A stretch of 21,468 nucleotides of DNA from Candidatus Eiseniibacteriota bacterium (GTDB taxonomy: Bacteria > Arandabacterota > Arandabacteria > Arandabacterales > Arandabacteraceae), in NCBI GenBank assembly GCA_043810925.1, contig JBDRNT010000114.1, forward strand, positions 1 to 21,468. Reading direction: 5' to 3'. The position numbers and the translations under genes were made by a program. Positions 17,240 through 21,468 of this stretch are shown here, in pieces (positions within the stretch are counted from its first letter, which is position 1; every line of letters begins with the position of its first letter). The notes under the pieces are model-generated. The model saw only the letters and a list, made by a program, of their open reading frames with translations. It made no database searches and had not been told where the DNA came from.

Positions 17240-17279
17240 CCGCGGGTTCTTTATGGCGAAGACCCGCGGCGTTTCTTTA
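17240..17279 (+). terminator. Probable intrinsic terminator
   Basis: CCGCGGGTTCTT...AAGACCCGCGG stem followed by GTTTCTTT. Confidence 0.6.
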
Positions 17280-17289
17280 TCTCCACACC

Positions 17290-17384
17290 TGTGATTTCCG
17301 GCCACACTTTTCACACATCACCCGAAGTCGTAACTCCTGTAATCGCAAGCGATTGCATGATCATGGCCTGGCACGATACCTGCG
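17290..17384 (+). promoter_or_regulatory. Enhancer box plus sigma54 promoter of the lipoprotein gene
   Basis: TGTG-ATTTCCGGC-CACAC (17290-17307) and TGGCAC-GATAC-CTGCG (17369-17384, GG-N10-GC). Confidence 0.6.
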
Positions 17385-17444
17385 TATACACAGCCATGAA
17401 ATGGTTGGAGACACGGTCCCTGGTTAACCGAAGGAGGTTTGGTC

Positions 17445-18335
17445 ATGAGAAAGCGTTGGTTGGCACTGCCAGTTGCGGTCCTTTTAGTCTTCGTGTCTTT
17501 TACCGGTTGTTCAATGGAGGACACCGGCGGTTCCCCGGGGGTACCCACACCACCTGAGCTTCCGTCCATCTCAACGATGACGATGAACACGTCGCTCTTC
17601 CAGTCGTCTGAGGTGGATACGGAAACTCTTGCACTCAGTGGATACGGCCAGGCCGGGGCAATGCTGGGCCTGGGGTCGAAACTCAATTTCTTCAACGCGG
17701 CCACCCGCGTGCTTTTCCTCGACCTCGTCATTCTTGTGGGCGCAGTACAGCCCGTCGCAGCATTTGCCCTTGCCGGCCAGTCCATACCACAACCCCAGGG
17801 TGACGGTTCGTGGCTCTGGACATATATATTCGTAGACCAAGAGGGCGAACACAGCATCTTCCTTTACGGGAAGAACATGGGGACCTATACTGAGTGGAGG
17901 ATGGAAGTTTCGAGTACGGAAGCGCCGGCGCCTACCGATCACTTTCTGTGGTTCGAGGGTGAGGTGCAGCAGGACCAATGTTCAGGCTACTGGCAATTCT
18001 ACAGACCCGTGGAGGAGCTCGCCGCGGGTGCCACTGACATGCTTGCCTCGCCCGGCATTCAGTGCATCAGGATTGACTGGGAGCACCGCGAAGGTGACGA
18101 GCAGGAACTCGCTTTTCTCCTCAATGAACCCGGCGCACCCTGGGAAGGATCAACCCTCATATTCTCAGAAACACCGGCGGTCTCATCGGTCGACTTCTTC
18201 GATTCATCAATTAGTGACGGCGGAGTCATCACGTGGTATCCGGACTGCTCCGGTTCGATAGAGTGGTTTGACTACAGAGATGGCGAGAAACAATGCTGGG
18301 ACAGCCTTCACGATGACACGGTGTGCCCTGAATAA
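17445..18335 (+). CDS. Lipoprotein of unknown function
   Basis: MRKRWLALPVAVLLVFVSFTG|C lipobox; AAGGAGG 7 nt before ATG 17445; Pro/Gly linker; beta-rich acidic body; C-terminal C-x8-C pair. Confidence 0.8.
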   Translation: MRKRWLALPVAVLLVFVSFTGCSMEDTGGSPGVPTPPELPSISTMTMNTSLFQSSEVDTETLALSGYGQAGAMLGLGSKLNFFNAATRVLFLDLVILVGAVQPVAAFALAGQSIPQPQGDGSWLWTYIFVDQEGEHSIFLYGKNMGTYTEWRMEVSSTEAPAPTDHFLWFEGEVQQDQCSGYWQFYRPVEELAAGATDMLASPGIQCIRIDWEHREGDEQELAFLLNEPGAPWEGSTLIFSETPAVSSVDFFDSSISDGGVITWYPDCSGSIEWFDYRDGEKQCWDSLHDDTVCPE

Positions 18336-18351
18336 GATTCGCGAAGATAAG

Positions 18352-18380
18352 AGGAGGCGGTTTCTTAGAAACCGTCTCCT
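18352..18380. terminator. Hairpin between convergent genes (probable terminator)
   Basis: AGGAGGCGGTTTC-TTA-GAAACCGTCTCCT, a 13-bp stem with one G-U pair. Confidence 0.6.
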
Positions 18381-18381
18381 T

Positions 18382-18453
18382 CCTGATCAGCGAAGCTCAC
18401 CTGCCCCTATGATGCGCAGTGGAATAGCGGTCAGGTGCAGTGCCTTGTTAAGC
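18382..18453 (-). mobile_element. Integron attC site (72 nt) with a non-canonical R' end
   Basis: Minus strand: R'' GCTTAAC, AAGGC, L'' ACTGCACC, TGACCGCTAT...ATAGGGGCA, L' GGTGAGC, TTCGCT, then G|ATCAGG. It has RYYYAAC, 5/6-nt spacers, an extra base in L'' and a second unpaired base (TG-A-CC), and starts right after the stop codon. Confidence 0.8.
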
Positions 18454-19209
18454 CTACTGGCGCTTCTTGAAATACAAAATAACCCCTAATTCACCGCCAT
18501 GATTTGTATACTCGAAATAGCACTCACATACATTGGATTGCTGCATTACGAGGAAGAGCCTGTTCAGATTGTAACTATTCATTTGCATTTGTGGTGCGAC
18601 AAACTCCCTTCCTTTTATCAAATTCACGAAGTTCTTTGCTAACGGAACATTGTTCTTAACTAGTGATACTAATTTCCTTATTCTGTGAACCTTGGCATAT
18701 GTAAAATGAACAACACAAATACCCCCATCTTCCAGATGATCTATGAGATTCTTGAAAATCCGTTCTCCTCTTGGTACAGGAATATGCTGAAAGACGATAA
18801 ATGAATGTATGAAGTCATACTTACCGGTTAGTGACGAAAGGTTGTCGTCGGATTTAACAAGGATTACATTCTTAATGGAGCGAGTTTCACAGTTCTTCTT
18901 GGCCTCATCTAACATCGAATCAGAAACATCAACACCAGTAACTGTTTCTGCGACATCCGATAGAGGAATAACCAGCCTCCCAACTCCACACCCAAAATCC
19001 AATGCTTGCTTGATCGTGAAGGTTGGGTCGATGTGCTCCCGGCTTTTTGTACAGATGGTATCAATATATACATATCCGGATCTGAAGAAATCTTCCCTAT
19101 TCTCATCTGTCAGATTACGTTCTCGGAATTTGTCATCCGAAATAACACTAAAATACGGATCGTCCCTTCCGAATTTCTCCCATTCTCTGTCCGTGCTACC
19201 GTTGAACAT
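18454..19209 (-). CDS. Class I SAM-dependent methyltransferase (integron cassette gene)
   Basis: 'ALDFGCGVGRL', 'VTGVDVSDSML', 'YDFIHSFIVFQH', 'LEDGG'; visibly AT-richer than its neighbours. Start is ATG 19209 or GTG 19215. Confidence 0.9.
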   Translation of the reverse strand: MFNGSTDREWEKFGRDDPYFSVISDDKFRERNLTDENREDFFRSGYVYIDTICTKSREHIDPTFTIKQALDFGCGVGRLVIPLSDVAETVTGVDVSDSMLDEAKKNCETRSIKNVILVKSDDNLSSLTGKYDFIHSFIVFQHIPVPRGERIFKNLIDHLEDGGICVVHFTYAKVHRIRKLVSLVKNNVPLAKNFVNLIKGREFVAPQMQMNSYNLNRLFLVMQQSNVCECYFEYTNHGGELGVILYFKKRQ

Positions 19210-19311
19210 CTTCACCTTCTTCTGTTGGGTTTAATCGCGGGCATAAACCGATCCTATCCTGCCGTTGTTACTAATAACTCGGACTCGATATGCCAGATCA
19301 CGGAACCGTTG

Positions 19312-19437
19312 TCAAACGTCTGTTTTGCATCCCAAGTTTTGCTGAACGAGGGAACCGGCGCGGGCTTTCTCACCGGGATCACCCTTCATGAGGACGGTAG
19401 CAGCCAGCACCAGGAGGGATTTCATAGGTACTTTCAT
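19312..19437 (-). pseudogene. Possible truncated remnant of an exported-protein gene, or a small ORF (41 aa)
   Basis: GGAG RBS and ATG 19437, signal-like start MKVPMKSLLVLAATVL, early stop, and a consensus promoter upstream. Confidence 0.3.
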
Positions 19438-19480
19438 AACGCGACTCCCTGTAATTATCTGGAACGTTCCTCGCTGTTCG

Positions 19481-19509
19481 AGAATACGCCTTTCCCTTGA
19501 GGATGTCAA
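19481..19509 (-). promoter_or_regulatory. Near-consensus sigma70 promoter pointing toward the cassette
   Basis: Minus strand TTGACA (19509-19504)-17 nt-TATTCT (19486-19481). Confidence 0.65.
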
Positions 19510-19540
19510 TATTGATAGCTCGGATCATCCTTCCGGCACC

Positions 19541-19569
19541 TTGAAATTAGGAATCCTATGATGTAGACT
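19541..19569 (+). promoter_or_regulatory. Putative sigma70 promoter of the GT-C-like gene
   Basis: TTGAAA-17 nt-TAGACT. Confidence 0.55.
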
Positions 19570-19627
19570 CCGGTGCGTGGATTTATCCTGTTCCGGTAGT
19601 ACTTGACGGTTTCAGCGGTAGGATCCG

Positions 19628-21379
19628 GTGGACTCAAATAAGATCACAAGGGCGATTTCACTCCTTGCATTCTACGGGATTGCGTTCGTGGTTTTCACCT
19701 ATCCCCTGGTGCTCGAGTTCGACGACGCGTTTATCTCAGATGGTAGTGACGGGTGCCAGTTTGTCTGGAACATATATAACTTCACCGACAATCTCGAGCA
19801 CTCGAAGCCCCTCTTTTACACGGACAAACTCTACTATCCGATTGGAAGCTCACTCATCCTCCATGTCTATGCGCCCGTATTCAGCATAGTCGGCCTGCTC
19901 GTTGGGAATCCCGTGCTTGCCCTCAACATTACCGTCGCCTTGAGCTTCGTCTTCTCCGGTATCGGGGCGTATCTCCTCTGCAATCACTATGTCCGTAACC
20001 GGCTCCTTTCAGCCCTGGCAGGTTTTGTCTTTGCGTACTGTCCCTACAAGTTGCTTCACATATACGGCCATTACGATCTCATGCTCACGGCCACGATACC
20101 GTTCTTCATACTCTTCTTCGTGAAGTCGCTCAAGGGAATCGATGGCGGACGACGGCTCCGCCTGGTTGACCGGCGAAGCCTCATCCTCGCACTCGTCATG
20201 CTTGCGGTTACCTACTTTTCAAGCTACTACTACACCTTCTTCCTCATTATATTCGTACTCCTTTACGTTTTCTATTTCACTCTTAAGATCTACGCCTTCC
20301 GGCTGTTCACGCGAAGAAACCTCATCTACGGTCTCGGCATCATACTTGTCTCCACCGCAATCGTAGCCATCTTCGAGCGGCTTGGTCTCGACAGGGACGG
20401 CATTGCAAGAAACGGTCTTGGCCGGAGCGCCGATGTGCTGGCCTTCTTTGTACCGTCGGCGTCCAGCCGGTTCCTCGCATCGGGCCCTGTGCGGCATATC
20501 AGATTCGAAGTGATCCGGGCAAATGAGGCTGAAAGCACAGTCTATATCGGTTATGCAATCCTCGTATTCGCCGCCGGTTATTTTTTCAAGCGACAATATC
20601 GCGGCCAAAGTGCCGAAGCAAAGGTGCTGCCCTTCATGACGGGTTGCTTCATGGTACTCGCAATGCCGCTCGTGCTTGTGGCAGACAGGATAGTATGCGC
20701 ACTGCCGTCTGCTCTCATACACTACATCCCGTTCGTCAACAACTTCAGGGTCCCTTATCGATATACGATCATGATCATGCTGTTTCTTCCGATCCTGGCC
20801 GGCCTCTTTATAAAGAGGTGGATCTGGGATGCAATTCCGAGGCGACTCCATCTCGTCTTAATAGCAGCGCTTGTTGTTATCCTTTCCCTGGAATATATGC
20901 AGCAGCCCTTCCCCATGGTTTCAAGAAGTGAAGTGCCGGAGGTGTATGAGTATCTTGCCACGCAACCCGACGGGGTGCTGCTTGAGATTCCTTTCGGCCT
21001 TAGAGACGGCTTCCGTGAGATCGGGGACGAGCAATCGATACAGATATTCTACCAGACCGTCCACCATAAGAAGATCCTCGGCGGAGTGCTGTCACGGCCG
21101 CGCAGGGAGATATTCGAATTCTTCATGACCGAGCCCGTCGTCTCGGATCTCATCAGGATGCAGGAAGACGAGACCTGGGATCCGGAGTTACCGGGCCCTG
21201 AGGGCATGTCAAAATTCCTCAAGACCTTTAGCCCCCGCTATGTGCTGATACACCCTGAATACAGGGAGAGCCGCACCGGGCACTTCGTTGAAGCGATGTT
21301 CTCCGGTCACGTCTCGGACACAAAGGACGTTGACGGATTCCTGCTGATGACCATAGAATTGCCTGGCACCGGCTATTAG
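19628..21379 (+). CDS. Polytopic membrane protein, probable GT-C-fold glycosyltransferase (YfhO/PMT-like)
   Basis: Many TM helices, acidic first loop 'SDGSDGCQFVWN', 'LYYPIG', 'AGFVFAYCPY', 'FRVPYR', and a C-terminal extracytoplasmic domain 'LLEIP...QTVHHKKILGG'. Confidence 0.7.
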   Translation: MDSNKITRAISLLAFYGIAFVVFTYPLVLEFDDAFISDGSDGCQFVWNIYNFTDNLEHSKPLFYTDKLYYPIGSSLILHVYAPVFSIVGLLVGNPVLALNITVALSFVFSGIGAYLLCNHYVRNRLLSALAGFVFAYCPYKLLHIYGHYDLMLTATIPFFILFFVKSLKGIDGGRRLRLVDRRSLILALVMLAVTYFSSYYYTFFLIIFVLLYVFYFTLKIYAFRLFTRRNLIYGLGIILVSTAIVAIFERLGLDRDGIARNGLGRSADVLAFFVPSASSRFLASGPVRHIRFEVIRANEAESTVYIGYAILVFAAGYFFKRQYRGQSAEAKVLPFMTGCFMVLAMPLVLVADRIVCALPSALIHYIPFVNNFRVPYRYTIMIMLFLPILAGLFIKRWIWDAIPRRLHLVLIAALVVILSLEYMQQPFPMVSRSEVPEVYEYLATQPDGVLLEIPFGLRDGFREIGDEQSIQIFYQTVHHKKILGGVLSRPRREIFEFFMTEPVVSDLIRMQEDETWDPELPGPEGMSKFLKTFSPRYVLIHPEYRESRTGHFVEAMFSGHVSDTKDVDGFLLMTIELPGTGY

Positions 21380-21388
21380 GAGAGCGCG

Positions 21389-21468
21389 ATGCGGATAGAC
21401 ATTCTCGGTGCGGATTCCTTCGGGGTACGGTCACTTGCCACCTTCGTAAGAACCTCGAAGACACGGAT
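21389..21468 (+). CDS. 5' part of a UPF0282-like metallo-beta-lactamase-fold hydrolase (runs off the window)
   Basis: AGGAG RBS; MRIDILGADSFGVRSLATFVRTSKTR resembles the family N-terminal 'A(E/D)S(L/F)GVRS(M/L)ATFV' motif. Confidence 0.6.
   Translation, partial: MRIDILGADSFGVRSLATFVRTSKTR

Noticed and set aside
17461-17477. TGGCAC...TTGC inside the lipoprotein gene as a fourth sigma54 site
   Set aside because: The spacing is GG-N11-GC rather than N10, and it is intragenic.

Overview
GC-rich bacterial window. Its secreted FlgD-Ig-tailed proteins suggest an FCB-related candidate lineage; this is inference only. From left to right it contains: (1) the 5' end of a class IIC group II intron (minus strand), inserted just after the intrinsic terminator of a secreted M10/matrixin metalloprotease; (2) a fused FTCD (ftcD); (3) a minus-strand block of a MTH1187 thiamine-binding protein, a nucleotidyltransferase, an S46 dipeptidyl peptidase and a CMD/AhpD-like protein, with three GTAG-type REP clusters among them, one nested in a 25-bp inverted repeat; (4) a C10 protease fused to 7 FG-GAP repeats, ASPIC/UnbV and FlgD; (5) a candidate sigma-54 envelope regulon of an Omp85/BamA-like gene, a DUF4390-like gene, an NtrY-like kinase and an NtrX/NtrC-like activator, then an outer-membrane beta-barrel and a lipoprotein, where each of three -24/-12 promoters has an upstream TGTG-N9-CACAC box; (6) a solitary AT-rich integron cassette (SAM methyltransferase plus attC) with no integrase in the window; (7) a GT-C-like membrane protein and the start of a UPF0282-like MBL hydrolase. 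All calls come from reading motifs; no database searches were run.
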